A DNA stretch of 63,581 nucleotides, the filler included, from Platydemus manokwari (Eukaryota), in NCBI GenBank assembly GCA_037951405.1. It is 6 parts of 6 records of this genome, joined end to end, with 100 filler letters (N's around TTAATTAATTAA, not from the genome) between each part and the next. Parts side by side here need not be neighbours in the genome. Positions count along the whole stretch, not along the records: positions 34,173 to 43,484 come from JBBMOY011267207.1; positions 43,585 to 54,242 come from JBBMOY011115997.1; 4 more parts are not named here. One strand, given 5' to 3'. Positions 38,701-52,530 of this stretch are shown here, piece after piece (within the stretch, counting starts at the first letter, position 1; each line of letters begins with the position of its first letter). The notes beneath the pieces were generated by a model. That model was given only the letters and a program-made list of their open reading frames with translations, did no database searches and was not told the DNA's origin. A program made the translations under genes and the position numbers.

Positions 38701-41700
38701 ACGTGATCGAGAACAGCGATTAATTGATAATCAATATTTCCTTGCGTTGCTAATAAACAAATCACACGATTTTAATTTATATGTAATATAATCAAACTTT
38801 CTATAGAAATTGATTCATCACAGACTACAAAAGTATTATTCTTTTCTCGATGATAAAACGATGATCCTCTCTCAAGATCTACCGAAAGAGATCAATATAC
38901 ATAGAAATCGAATCAATAAGTCTCACATATAAACAAATACTTAGGGCTATGTGTAATCCGACGGGTTAAGGAAAAGCTTTTTTTTGCTGATTGACATTTG
39001 CAATACTAAAGATAAAATTTATTTATTCAGATTATCAATAAACAATAACAAAAAAAATTAAATATTTTAGATATATCATAATATATCCTTATAATTTATC
39101 ATAACAACACCCACCGCAGAGCCATCAAATTCAATTTTGGTAATGTTTAGAAAATTGTCGATACAAACATTTAAAAGAATAGGCTGTTTAGATATCTAAA
39201 ATGGGAAAAATAATAATGATAATTAGTCGAAACTATCAATCTTAATTATTCTTTTAAAAAACAATATTATAAAAACAAACTGGAATAGGAAGAGCTAAGG
39301 TTTTGAATAGCTGGTATGAGGAATTTACGACCTGTTCACAATAATCACAAGTTATACAGTGCATAATTTGACCATAGAAGCAATCTAAATTATATATATA
39401 ATTTAGATATATGTATGTATATATATATGTACACCAGGTTCTATTTTATACGATCTCTGAATTCCGCAAAAAATCGCAACACTGTTAAAACTAAAAAGAT
39501 TTATTCATTGAATCATATATTACTTATTTGATATTAATTACATGTTTATCGAGATTTGGCAGTTATACTCGATAAAAAGCGGGTTTTCATATATTCAAGG
39601 AAAATCTATTGGTATTTGACGTATGTAATAATATTCTACATTAATAATCACGAAAATAAATATTAAGTCAGTTTAACATTTCGGTTATATTTTCTTCCGA
39701 AAATCAAGTTTGTGTCCAATAATTGGAGCTGACTTCTTAAAAATTGATTTCAAATTAATATTTTAACAGCGCATAAAAAGAACCTGACTGATATAAAAAC
39801 AAAAATTACCAAAAACAAAGCCATAATTTGCATTTTTGAAAGTATCAAATTTGATATCAGCTTCGTTGGATAAATTTGTCTTGGGGCTATAAATTATGAT
39901 TTGTATAAAACTAATAACGAATTCATTTGTAATTTAGTTCCGTAATGGTAATCAATTGTAAAGTGCTACTATAATTAGTATAATTAACTTTAATTTAGTG
40001 TAATGTGACATTTAATTTGAAAAAAAATTCAAGTATTTAACAGTTTTTGCTAATAATAAATATTGTTTTTGTCAAATTTAATATTTAGTGAGATTATTCT
40101 CATTTCAATTGATAATTGTTATTGTAAAAATTAGGTTAGATTTCCGATAAAATTCATAATAAAATTCTATATACCTTGGCTTAGGTTCTTTAGATACGTC
40201 ATTGATTAAAGTGAGAAGATTGATAAAAAACTTATTCACATCATCCCTGAAATAATAAAATTTTAATAAATATAATTTAATATGATAAGTTTTAGGCATG
40301 AAAATCTAAGAATTCTTTGACAGAGTTATGTTACTAATAAAAAAATATGATATTTAAGAGATATTTAAATCGAAATATTAGACATTTAAGGACAAAAACT
40401 GGGTTTACCATTATATTAATTTATGAACTACACGAAATCAAAATTTATCATAATCATAATGATAAGAAATACTTGATAATAATGTTAATGATAATAATTG
40501 ATCTTTTATATAGGTAGAATAATAATAATACTGACAATACTAATAATAATAGCACTANNNNNNNNNNNNNNNNNNNNNNNNNNNNNNNNNNNNNNNNNNN
40601 NNNNNNNNNNNNNNNNNNNNNNNNNNNNNNNNNNNNNNNNNNNNNNNNNNNNNNNNNNNNNNNNNNNNNNNNNNNNNNNNNNNNNNNNNNNNNNNNNNNN
40701 NNNNNNNNNNNNNNNNNNNNNNNNNNNNNNNNNNNNNNNNNAAATAATAATATCATAATAATATTATTACAGCAATAATAATAATAATAATGATTTAATA
40801 AGTTGATAGGCTATAAATTACCCTCCACTTGAAGCTTTGAAATAATTTTGGATTTCTTTTAAATGAGACGCTATATTTCCATTTTTCTTTAATTCGTACA
40901 TCATTCTACAAAATTCTGAAAAACAAATCCAATTTAAATAACGTGTTATAAAAAGTCTTGAATTTGAATATAAAAATAAAATGATTACATAGAAACATCA
41001 TCATTGTTGGATTGTTTCGTTTTCCCTTTAATTACCATTTATGTAATGATAAAACCAAATGATTTATTAAAAACAATTTGTAAAATCGGATAATTATATT
41101 TTCACATCTCAACCTTCACGTGTCAATTGTAGTCCATATAGATACTTTTAAATAGACTCATTCAAATCAGATATATATATGATAGTGTTCAATATTTCAG
41201 AGTTGTTATTAAACAACCTAGAATTTATTTTCAAGAATCACAATAAATTTAATTGGTAACTGAACGCTATCCTTCATCTTATAATACTGAATATAACCAA
41301 TGAAAATGTTTTTAATAACGTTTTATAAAATATTTTTAAACGTAGTAAAATCAAGGTGCCGAATCATCTCATCTAGTTCATGATTGCACAAACTTTTCAA
41401 ATTGCGTCCCCATTTTTATTACATTACCTACAATCGCCCCTAAAATTGGTCCCGTAATAGGTCTTAACTCCCGTATGAAATATTATTTAAATGAAATAAA
41501 TATCTTCTTCATAGCAAGATATAATTCAAATTATGCTTTTTTATTAATTAATAATTTTATCACAAAATGAAAATTGCAGTTAATTGAAAAAATTACTTTC
41601 AACAAGCCAGAAATTATTACAACTCAATTTTATTTTAGAATTAAAAATTTTAGACGCCTCCAATATAATGTTTCGCGCCCCCGAGTTTGCACACCCCTGA

Positions 41701-43484
41701 TACTGAAATAGTAAATCTTCACTATCAAATTAACTTAATGCTTTAAATGGAATTTTTAAACCCAATAAAAATATTGAATGTGTTAAATGAACAGTATTTA
41801 TTTTATCAAAATTGAATCTAATATTTTATCAAAAACAATGATGGGCATGAATAATTTGATAATTGAAGTTTTGTATTTTGGCCAATATCACAATAAGTAG
41901 AGACAGATTTTCAAGACCGAGTTATCATATACAAATAAGATTTCTTTTGCACTGAGAGATGAAATAAGAAAACCTCTCAGGTCTGTAGACAGTTTTATTG
42001 AAGATATCCCACAGGAGGCTTTTTCGAAAAAAAAATAATTATTCTAGACTAAATAATGAAATATTATATATAATGAGGAATGTATTGAAAAAGAAATACA
42101 AGTGAAGATCTGAATGACACTAAAAATGTACATGTTAAACTCAAAGGAACTTAAGGATTTATTGCTAATGCAACTATAATCTTGATGATGAAAAGTGAGA
42201 ATCAATTATTAGATAACGACACAACATTGATGTCTATTAATATCGATTTAATGAATTGCACTTTATGAAATAGGTATCCATTTAGAAAACTTAATATTTA
42301 TTTCATACTTAAGAATAGATCCGGAAGACGATAAGGTTGAATTAAACAAAAACTCGGAATAATCTTTGAAGAATCAGCATTAAGCACTATTAAAACGAAG
42401 GGAAGACTTAAAAACAAGAAATAACTATAATAGAATTTTCAAATAAATGAAATTTATTTTTAATAAATTAGATTTACATTTCTTTAATAAATAAAATACC
42501 GAATTTCGAATCATTTCATTGGGTAATTTCTTAGTCTTTAATAATAGATTAACAGGCTCACCACTGAAGGTGATCAAGAGTCTAAAAACATATCATCAAA
42601 TAATTATATTTTCACGAAAGAAAATGTTTTTGTGTCATGTTATATACACAGAATTTTACGTCATTTATAATTTAATAATATTTTTCGGAATTCTGTATAT
42701 TAAACTGGAAGTCATATTAAAAATATAACTGATTGTCTGAGAAATGAAACTTACTAATAACAAAGATAATTTTCTTTTCATTTGCTTGAGACTCAACAAT
42801 TTTACTGCTTTCGTGATAATCTATAATAGCTTCACTGAAATCATTGCAGCCATGTAAAAGTTGAACAACGGAATTTAAGAAGCACTAAAATTATTAAATT
42901 TGTAAATTACGCGATATTATTAAAGATTTCATGTAAAACACATGTAAATATCCTCAATGTTTTATTGTTCAATATATTTGTAAAGAAATAATAAACTTAT
43001 AATTTTAATAAGAATTTATAAGTTTTCGTTTACAAAAAAGTTTCTTTAAATATTATAAATTATTAATTCAAACATTAAAAATAATCAAATCTCGTAAATC
43101 TTTTAGATATCCGAATATACATGAAGTTGTTGCTTCTGCAAAAAAAGTAATAAAACTGTTCGGAATAAACGAATCCAATAAATATCAATAAATAACGCAG
43201 AACCAATTGTTACATGCCGTTCCAACTGTGAAACAGGCCTGTATATTGGTTAAACAATTTATCTTAGATCATTGTATATTTGGTATCCGTTTTTATGCTG
43301 CTGAGATCAAAAATATTTCAGAATTAATGTCAGTGCCTATTTTAAAGCAAAGGATTGTTAATTATACCGATTTTTACAAATCATCAATTATGGTATATTA
43401 GTTATTTAATATTACAATCATCTCTTTAGTAATGGCATTTACATTGATTGATGTTTCCCTAATTATTATGTAATGTGTACTGAT

Positions 43485-43584
43485 NNNNNNNNNNNNNNNN
43501 NNNNNNNNNNNNNNNNNNNNNNNNNNNNTTAATTAATTAANNNNNNNNNNNNNNNNNNNNNNNNNNNNNNNNNNNNNNNNNNNN
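43485..43584. other. Artificial contig linker N44-TTAATTAATTAA-N44
   Basis: Same 100-bp spacer. Confidence 0.95.
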
Positions 43585-43685
43585 GATTTATAATTTTTAT
43601 CTATAATTGTATTGATTTATAATCATATTGATTTATAATTTTTTAATCTCTAATTGTATTGATTTTTAAATATATTGATTTATGA
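43585..43685 (+). repeat. AT-rich ~45-bp tandem repeat with TATTGATTTATAA subunits at a contig start
   Basis: GATTTATAATTTTT...CTATAATTGTATTGATTT...ATATT occurs about twice. Confidence 0.7.
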
Positions 43686-44890
43686 ATTAAGACCACTAAT
43701 TTAATACAGGTGATTCAGGAAAATTAATTTATTAAAAAATTTAAATTAAATTAAAAATTAAAATTTTAAGGTGATTTGTTTGACATTTTGTTTCATAATG
43801 GATTCCGGGTTTAATCTTGAGATTTCAAAAAAGGGAAATGAATTGCATTATTGTCACGAAGCTTCAAGAAAGAAAGTCATACATGAGATATTAAATGATT
43901 GATCATGATGTACCCCATATCTCATTGAGTATTTAAATAAGAGAAATAAAAATGTTAAACTCTAATTTATTGATCTTCCGAAAGGTATTCATTCAAAAAA
44001 ATTAAAACAAATAAAAATATCAATGGTATATTTCCATTTAAACAAATCGAACCCCATTGGTTAATCTTATCCAGCAAAATTTCAAAAATTCTCACATTAT
44101 CTCACTGAACTTGATTACTGGAATGAACTTGAAAACCAACCCCATTGGCAAATGGCCCAGAGAGAATTCAACAATGGCTAATTATTATTAAAAACTATTA
44201 ATAAAATTCTTCTCAACTAATCTGAATGGTCATAAAATGTACAAGACATAAAAAATCATCTTTTATTAATATGTGGAAATTTTTTGTGTGACTTTATTTT
44301 GAATATTTAAATCTAGAAAATTTCGATAAACCAGGAAATGAAGTCATTGTTTATATGAAATGATCAATTTATATATTTTTATTGATAATTCCATTTGATG
44401 AACTTCAGCATCGATACAAATGTTTCAATCATCATGATGTTGATGAATGATGATTTAAATTTTTTGGTTTTTCACCAAATTTTAGAACATAAATTGATGA
44501 ATAACAAATTCAAAACAAAAGAATACGTGAAAATTTTTTTTGTAATTAAATCAAAAAGTCATATATAGAAAGATCTTATTATTTGGAAAATAATTGTGAG
44601 AAATGAAAAATATTTTCCGTCTACAGGAAATTAATTATGCTCCTGAAAAATAGTCGTACTCTCTCTAGCTCCAATTTTTTACAGTGAAGATTTCTTTACA
44701 AATATAAATTGATACATCAATTGGCACATGCATCTACCTTTGTGAATCTAATTTAAGTTTTCATTTCAATTTGGTCTTGTAATAAAATATTCAAGGAAAA
44801 TCAATATTAAAAATACTAAATGCCATCCTTAAACATGATAGTTAAGTCGCTGGAAATTTCCGTGATACCGCGTTAAACCAAAATTGAAAT

Positions 44891-45165
44891 CAGGGCTAAA
44901 GTTAAGAAAAGGAGTCTTAAAATGAAAATTTAAATTTGTTGAGTGTATTGCAAAAATCTATATCGTTTATTTAATTATATTCTTTAAAAACATTTTGAAT
45001 TTTTTATTTAAGTTCTTAAGAGGAATTCTAGTTGTTTGAAATCAAATATTAAATGTATTATAGCTTCAAAAATCCCCTAAAATTTGATTATTTGAGAAAT
45101 AGATCAAAGTATGTCGAATTGTAATTTTTGAAAATTAGCGAGGACCCCTTCTTAACATTAGGAGC
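44891..45165. mobile_element. Possible MITE
   Basis: CTAAAGTTAAGAA (44896-44908) is the inverted match (12/13) of TTCTTAACATTAG (45149-45161), with more loose pairing inward. No clear TSD. Confidence 0.4.
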
Positions 45166-48100
45166 AAATTGAGAGATGCTCTCAATTTTTACAATTATTT
45201 TATAAAAATAGCCAATGATATTATTAAACATATCTGTAATTAACTAACTCGATTTTTAAAAATAACTCGATAATTTAAAAAAATTAAATTTAAAAACTCA
45301 AATAATCATATAGAAGTGTTGTGATTAGAATGGGAACTTGGTTTTAAAACTATATTTTGTCCACATTAGGCATCCTAAATGTGAGATAATTAACTGGATT
45401 ATACGAATAAATCAAATATCGAAATTATAAAAAATTAAACTATAAAATAATCTCATGCACGAAAATTCATTATTACGAAAGTAGGTCAAAGGTTCCCTTT
45501 GCTTAATTTAAGCCGAAATCACTATAAAATTGTGTTGCATGCCGACAATGACTAAGATCATAAATAAAAATAAAATCCATTAAGTTAAATATAAAATGGA
45601 TTTTTTTTTATCAGCCTAGCAATCTTGCTATAGGGAGGGACATGTGTATATTATCTTTATGTTGCTTTTCGATTTTAGATATGTTAAGGGAATCTTGGTT
45701 CCACAATAAAATATTGAGTGACGGAATAATGAAGCCAATTATAAAATAGGATTTCATAAGGTATTGTTAAAAGATTTATTACAGACATGAACAATATTTT
45801 GAGACCTGAATTAAAATAAGTCGTTATGATCACTGATTTCTAATTTATGAATAAGAAAATCATCATTATATCGCAATTGTTAATGCCATAATAAATTATT
45901 AATTCACAAGCTTGGGCTTAAAATAAGTATTTTTCAATACAAAAACTCGAACAAAAATATTCCTGTTTAACTCAAATAAATCCATTTTATTTCCATGTGA
46001 TTCGTAAAACGGCTCTTCGAGGGATTGTAACTGGGATAATAACTACATTAATCATTAATTTATTCAGATTTTATTCGCATTTGTGTTCTTTCAAAACAAA
46101 GGAACACTTGCAAGTAATGACATTAAAATTATTCTGTTTTGAGAATGTATTTCTCAATCAAACACATGAGTTTTTTTTTTTTATTTCTTGTTTTCAGATA
46201 AATAATCTCAGTAGTAGCACATATAAATTGAATTGGTACATGCGTTATATCGATGAAATCCACATTTCATTGATAGGTCTCATTCTGTACATTTTTCAAT
46301 GTATATACTTTTAAAATTGTGAATTTTTTTTAATGACTGATAGGACAGAAAAAATGATTGCATTCTAAAACAAACTTATTAGAAAACCATTACCACTAGT
46401 AGTAAACACATTTCTTTAAACAAATTTTGTTTTAACGATTTCGTAATTAGATTTTTTTTTTGGTTAAAATTTCGAGTTTAAAAACTGTACTGGTCAGATC
46501 TTATTGAATCGCGATCATTTTTATATTTAATGATTTGGAAATTTGTTTGATGCTTCATCACTTTTTGGACTGTGGGTTTTTATTAGATGGATTTCAATGA
46601 TAAATTTGAAATGATTATTTTTATTAACTGGCCAAAAAAACATTCCAAAACAGTTATCTCATAGAACTGATTTGAATATTATATTATTATGGATTTTATA
46701 ATTCTATTATTCAGCTTTCTCTGCTATTACCTTTTCCATTTCAATGATTCGAATCAATATTTGCAAAATTCTATTTTTAATAACATGAATTAAACGCGTA
46801 TTTTGTACGAGTTAGGCAATTTTGATTTCTATCAAAAATAATAGAGGGATTTGAACTACGAAACTATTTACAGCCTTGATAGATAATCAATCGATCAATT
46901 TTTCTTTCTATTTCATCTTCTAATGATTTCATTCCAAAGGTTTTCAATATTAATAGATGACTAAGATTTCGTCCAAGATAGTTGGTATTTTTCTTCGAGA
47001 TAAACTGTGATGTGCCTAAGGAAATCCGTATGAGGGGTTTCAATCTAAGTGACATATTTTATTGTATATTTTCGTGGTATAAAAGGGAAAAATATTTTCT
47101 AACAATTAATCGCCCTCTAACAAAGTGAAATTAAAATGTTAGTTCGTTTTCTATTGAATGGACATTTATAACTTCTCTGATATTAAAATATCAAGGTTAA
47201 AAATCAAAATAAAATTACAAAAGGTGATTTATAGCATAAAGGTAAGTTGATTCAAATCTACTTAATGAGAGAATTATGCAATAATGGATTCCAGCACAAC
47301 CTGATACTGATGAGTAGAAAATGATATTTGGGGACCTATGGAGTTGTCAGTGGTTTAACCAGTAGACTCATAATTAGTACAATCATTATTTCCGTTACTC
47401 ATACCAGTTAAAAATTATCATGATAATTTATAGTTCTTTTTTGAATATAATTAATATGCCAGATTTAAGTTTCCAACGTGCATTTGAAAATATTTTTAAG
47501 TACAATGTCTGATGTGTAAATTCAAAAGATTATTTTAGATTACTTAATCTATTAGAACATGCTATGAGATATCTCAAAAATTCCCGATACTATTATTACA
47601 AAATATCGAACATCATCAATATTTAATGCTGGCAAACCACACATCTTCAACGTACTTGAATGAAATGATAAGCAAAATGAAGACATTCGAATAATTACCA
47701 TATCAAACATCAACAATCAAAACTTCTCATACCAATATGACTGATTTATTTCGTTTATAAGAGCAATGACAAATATTTTTGACCGAGCTTATTGTGCATA
47801 GGTGCCGATTAAATATTATCTATTGTACGGAATACTTTTTATTTTACATCGACTTCTCTCACATTAAATGTATTTATTTTCATTACACACGCTATAATTA
47901 TATGTTGCAGAACAATTAGTCGACTTTCCATATAAGATAAGTTTTGCACTCAGAGAATTCGACATGTAATCTCAGCATTTACAGAATTCTTATAGATAAT
48001 ATTCTTAAAGATGGCAAAATGAAAATATGAATTTTTTTTATTTTTCAAAATTATAATTCGACATCATTTATTAATCAGATTTTGCCGTATTTTTAGTTAT

Positions 48101-48298
48101 ATTAAATTCTATAAAATTAGTTGATATTTTGCTTGGATAAGAAACAAGTTCACATTCAAAAGCCGTATTGCATTTCTTAATTTGATACGGTAACGTCCAT
48201 CGATTCTAACATTTTTGGGATTTCTTGTTGATAAATGAAAATTAAAAAGAATATCCAATTATTTTCAAGATTCAAAGAGACACATTTACTATTCAGAC

Positions 48299-48603
48299 CA
48301 GTATTCTTCAAAGGGGAAGGGGATCGACATTGACTTATATTAAGACAAAATATCGATCGAATTTTAAAGATCTTGAATTAGTATTGAGACCAGCCAGAAC
48401 CGAAATAGAGCCAAGATTTGATGCTTTATACCAGATTATGCAAAATCGTTGTTATTATTAAATATATTTTAATTTTTTGGTGTTAAAAGAATTTTTATTA
48501 AAAAAAAATTTACTTTATTATTTTTATTTCAATCCCTAGAGGTGGCGAAAAAATTTGGACTCGTAAAGTGGGTCGCCACACAAAAAGTGTGATGAACAGA
48601 CTG
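48299..48603. mobile_element. Degenerate hAT (Charlie-like) MITE, ~305 bp
   Basis: Starts CAGTATTCTTCAAA, ends GGGTCGC...TGATGAACAGACTG; flanks ATTCAGAC / ATTTAGAT (6/8). Confidence 0.6.
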
Positions 48604-50469
48604 ATTTAGATTATTATTTAAGTAACAAAACATCATATATCAAATCTAATATACTCATACGAAAATTATCAGACATAAATATCACAAGAAAGGTAAAAGT
48701 ATTTATAATAACAAGCTACCATATATATATGTATATATTTAAACAAAGATTTATGAAAATTAAAGTGTCGTGGCGCAAAATTCCAAAGAAATCAGACCAA
48801 ACCTCATGAAGACAATGTAAATTAAGTCTGTATAAAGTCTCATTTCAATCATTTTTATTCTGTATTTTTAATTATGCTTAAAAACGACACCTACTCGAAT
48901 GGAGCTAGCTAATACTGTCTCGTAGAATACCAACTTGAGCATTAATCAAATGACCAAAAAACATTATTAAAAAAAAAACAACTAACGTCAATTGTATTTG
49001 TCCTTAATATAAATGAAAATTGAAATTCATTTCTTTTTATCAAACATTGCTACATCAAATATTTCCTGTCAATTCAATAAACAGAAACCGCAATCAACCA
49101 CAAACGAAAATGGTAGAAAAAGTCTAAAATTGATATCCAAATAAATTACAACCACAAGAATTTTCGGACCCTCAATTATTATTGAATTGGGATTATCCAT
49201 CATTTTCAAATAAGATTTTCAGAGAAAAAAATTGCACCGATTCAATTCAAACCAAATGGCACCGCATTGTGCACAGGAGAAAAAATATCATTTTAATTTT
49301 TAAAACAAATTCAGTAATTTCTTTTTTCAAAAAAATATTTTTATCGAAATCAACTTACAAAACACAGATTATTGTTACTATTTATTCATACTGATAAAAC
49401 TATCTAAGTGCAACTCGATTGACTAAGTTTGATATCAGATAAACACGAAAAAAAATCTAATTTAATCTGATAACGAAACAGAACTTAATCTGAAACCACG
49501 ATGGAAACACATCATTAACTGTTAACACGAAAAACTGTACTTTAAACTTGACCGAAAAATTAAAAAAAAAATATTGAAGAATAAATACCATAATATCAAT
49601 AATTATTTTACCAAATCCAAACAACATTGTTTGAAACCAAATCTCAGGTTTTTTTAATCCACATAGTAATATTTATTATTAAAGAAATGGCTGCGAAAAA
49701 AACCATTGGTAAAAAAATTTCCATTCGATTTTACAACACGATAAAATAATTCCAAAAACAGTAAAAATTGATTAACGGAATATCAATATTTGTATGACAA
49801 CAAAGAGATACCTGTTTGAGAGAATAATATTCAACTGAAATGCATGTCCAAACTAATTTTTCAGTTGATTAATACAGAAAAAAAACGAATATCAATTTCA
49901 TCAGCCATATAAAACCACTTAAAAATCTTGATAACTTAACTGATCACGGGCTAAACTTTATTCCAAAACAAAAACTAATGGCCATATTATTATCATTTGA
50001 TAGTAAATTTAAAAATCAATATATTCAATCCATTAATAATACCGTTATTTAAAATAATCAGCAATGTCTATAAATTTTCGGATATAAGACTATTTTAGAA
50101 TTTCTAATTTATTCCATTTTAAAAATCCATTAAAATTAAATTAAGTAATTCGAAAAATAATTTTATATTGTGGACTGGATGAAATTAAACGGTAATTTTT
50201 TAATAGATTATTTAATTAAAATCACTTAGTTTGAGTTCAGCTTTCATTTTATGCTAATGGAAAACGTGGTTGTTTTTTGTTAAACAATTACATTCACGCG
50301 ATTTTTGTTTTGCGGAAAAAATCTTTTCGAAAATGTCTTGATTGATTTGGTTAAATATTAAAATATATACATGTTAAAATTGCATATTAAAAATCCAAAA
50401 TCATTATGGATCATATATATATTTATTGTGATGGTTGAGTGTTACGAAAGAAAAATCAAATTTACGTAC

Positions 50470-50739
50470 TTCGCAGCATGTGGTCCAAATTCGGAATCTT
50501 TTCGAAGAACGGAAGACGCCGAAAAAGCAGAATCACTCACATTTTCCAGCAGTCGTGCCATACAAGAATCGTTAGGCCCATTTCTTTCATCTGTAGGACA
50601 TGATGTAATTAAAAATCCATTTATCGACACAGATATTCGTATTAATCTTACATCTTTGCGGATTCGCTAAAGTTTGTGACAAGAATAGGCAGAGTAATAT
50701 CATTAACCAGCAGTCGAGCTCATTGCTAGGAAGCAGCAT
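50470..50739 (-). CDS. First two exons (50739-50652, 50590-50470) of a secreted or membrane protein starting with an F5/8 type C (discoidin) domain; Neurexin IV/Caspr-like or DDR-like
   Basis: Signal-peptide-like MLLPSNELDCWLMILLCLFLSQTLA. 61-bp phase-1 intron GTAAG...CTACAG. Then CMARLLENVSDSAFSASSVLRKDSEFGPHAAK, matching the discoidin start C-x-x-x-L...FSASS...GP-x-x-A-K/R, ending at a GTACG donor. Downstream exons not found. Confidence 0.62.
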
Positions 50740-52081
50740 CAATGTAAAATGATCGAGTAGATTGCGAGTAGTCCAATATGAATGAAATTGCAAACCGTCA
50801 AATAGCGCACATGCGTATCGAATTGACTACTTGACTCTGATGACAGCATGTGTGCATTTGTATGTGCTGCTTAGATCTCTATCTACTCGACAATATTTGA
50901 ATGTGATTGGCTGATGTCTGACTACTCAGATCTCAGTGTCTGTAAAACTCTACTGCATTATTTGATCCGTGTTTTTAGTTGGGATTTTAATTTGATTATT
51001 GATTTTAAAATTATTTAAATGAAATAGTGGCACTGTTTTGAAATAATAATTATTGTAATCAGAAGTGATAAACACCAGTGACGGTTTTATCAAAACACTT
51101 CATGTCATTACTCAATCAACACATTTGTCATAAGTTTTATTTATCAATTGTAATAACAAAACCAATGCTATTTTTGTAAGATAAAACCACGTTTTTTGAC
51201 AAACATTTTGTTTATTATTGCGTTATATTTATTTTAATTTAAATGTATTTGAATATGATTATAGGTCGTTATTCAATTTAATTGCGTTTTAATAATTGAT
51301 ACACGATTAATTAACTATATAATAATAATTTTTAATTGGTTAACAGTGAATTTAAGAAAACCATATTAAGAAAACCATTTTAGAAAGAATAATATTTGAT
51401 AATAATAAATAAATATATTTCTTATTATTTATCAAAATACATTAACTTTACAATCATTTCATTATTTTGTTATTTAACGCTCTTCGTTGTATTTTTCTTG
51501 GGCTTAAATTTTAATAATCACCATCAAGAAAATTTGATTGAATTTTTTGAGTGAAAGTATTAAAATCTAATATTTATTCCAAAAATGTTAAATTTTTGAA
51601 TGATTAAAAAGGTTCATTTCAGTAAGTCATATGTTTTTCACAGATTTGCAGATCCCCACAAATGATGAAAGTCGAAAATGACATTCAACTCCGGAATAAA
51701 TTTGCACGAAACACAAGCCTTATCTATCTGTGTTTAATAAGCATTCGAATCTGAAATATCTTCAGAGTGCCCTGTTGCGGACATTTTAATATGTCCCCTA
51801 ATTATTTTTTTTATCATCCGATTTGTGTGAACTATGTCACTTAATTGTTTAAACGACAAATCTGAATAGAAGTATTAAGATTTATTATACGTAAACATAA
51901 CAGTCTTCACGATGGGGTCACACAAGTTTCGAGTCGGTTTTTAAATATAATTATTAGATTGATATTCTTATCCGAGATTTCTTCATTTGAAATCTTCTCA
52001 TTTGCTTTGTAACATTAACAAGTAGCTCTGTTATACACTGATTGTTTTGGCTGGCCAGTGCTGGAAAGCTAGTAGTCGATC

Positions 52082-52530
52082 CTAACGGACATTCTTTAGA
52101 TTTCTTTGGTCGTTATGAGCCTTGTAAGTCACGTAGGTATCTCTGAGCAATGTTGTTATTAGGAACCCTAGGATAAGCTTGATTTGCTTTTTATAGAGTC
52201 CGATATTCGATAGGACCTTGTCGTTACGAGAGTGCATCGATTACATGGAGGTGAGTTTCGAATCTCCTTGGCTATTGATCTGTATTTCTGGTAATTGAGG
52301 AGTCGATGGCGCTGGAAGTTGTCGCTCTTATCAAAAGGAATTCTAAGGTCGATGATGCAGGTTTGACGTTTGTTTTTTTTCGATCACCAAGTTCGGTCGT
52401 AGTTTACTCGCAGATTCCAGTGGTGTTGTATCGATGTCCGTGTCGAAGACCAATGACTGTAGATAATTTCCTAAATGATCTAGGATTATCGTGTGACGTT
52501 TCGAAATTAGTAATGGAATAGCCGGGTAGT
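52082..52530 (-). mobile_element. 3' fragment of an RLE-class non-LTR retrotransposon (NeSL/R2/R4-like endonuclease), frameshifted
   Basis: Manual translation: LISKRHTIILDHL...KLRPNLVI / CIIDLRIPFDKSDNF...NYQKYRSIA / NDKVLSNIGL...TYKAH...TAG. Matches the RH(N/D), PD..D and KY motifs of restriction-like endonucleases. Confidence 0.8.

Noticed and set aside
37958-40758. ORFs containing X runs
   Set aside because: Artefacts of reading through N gaps.
46864-47055. YLG-containing ORF as a non-LTR RT relic
   Set aside because: A three-residue motif only.
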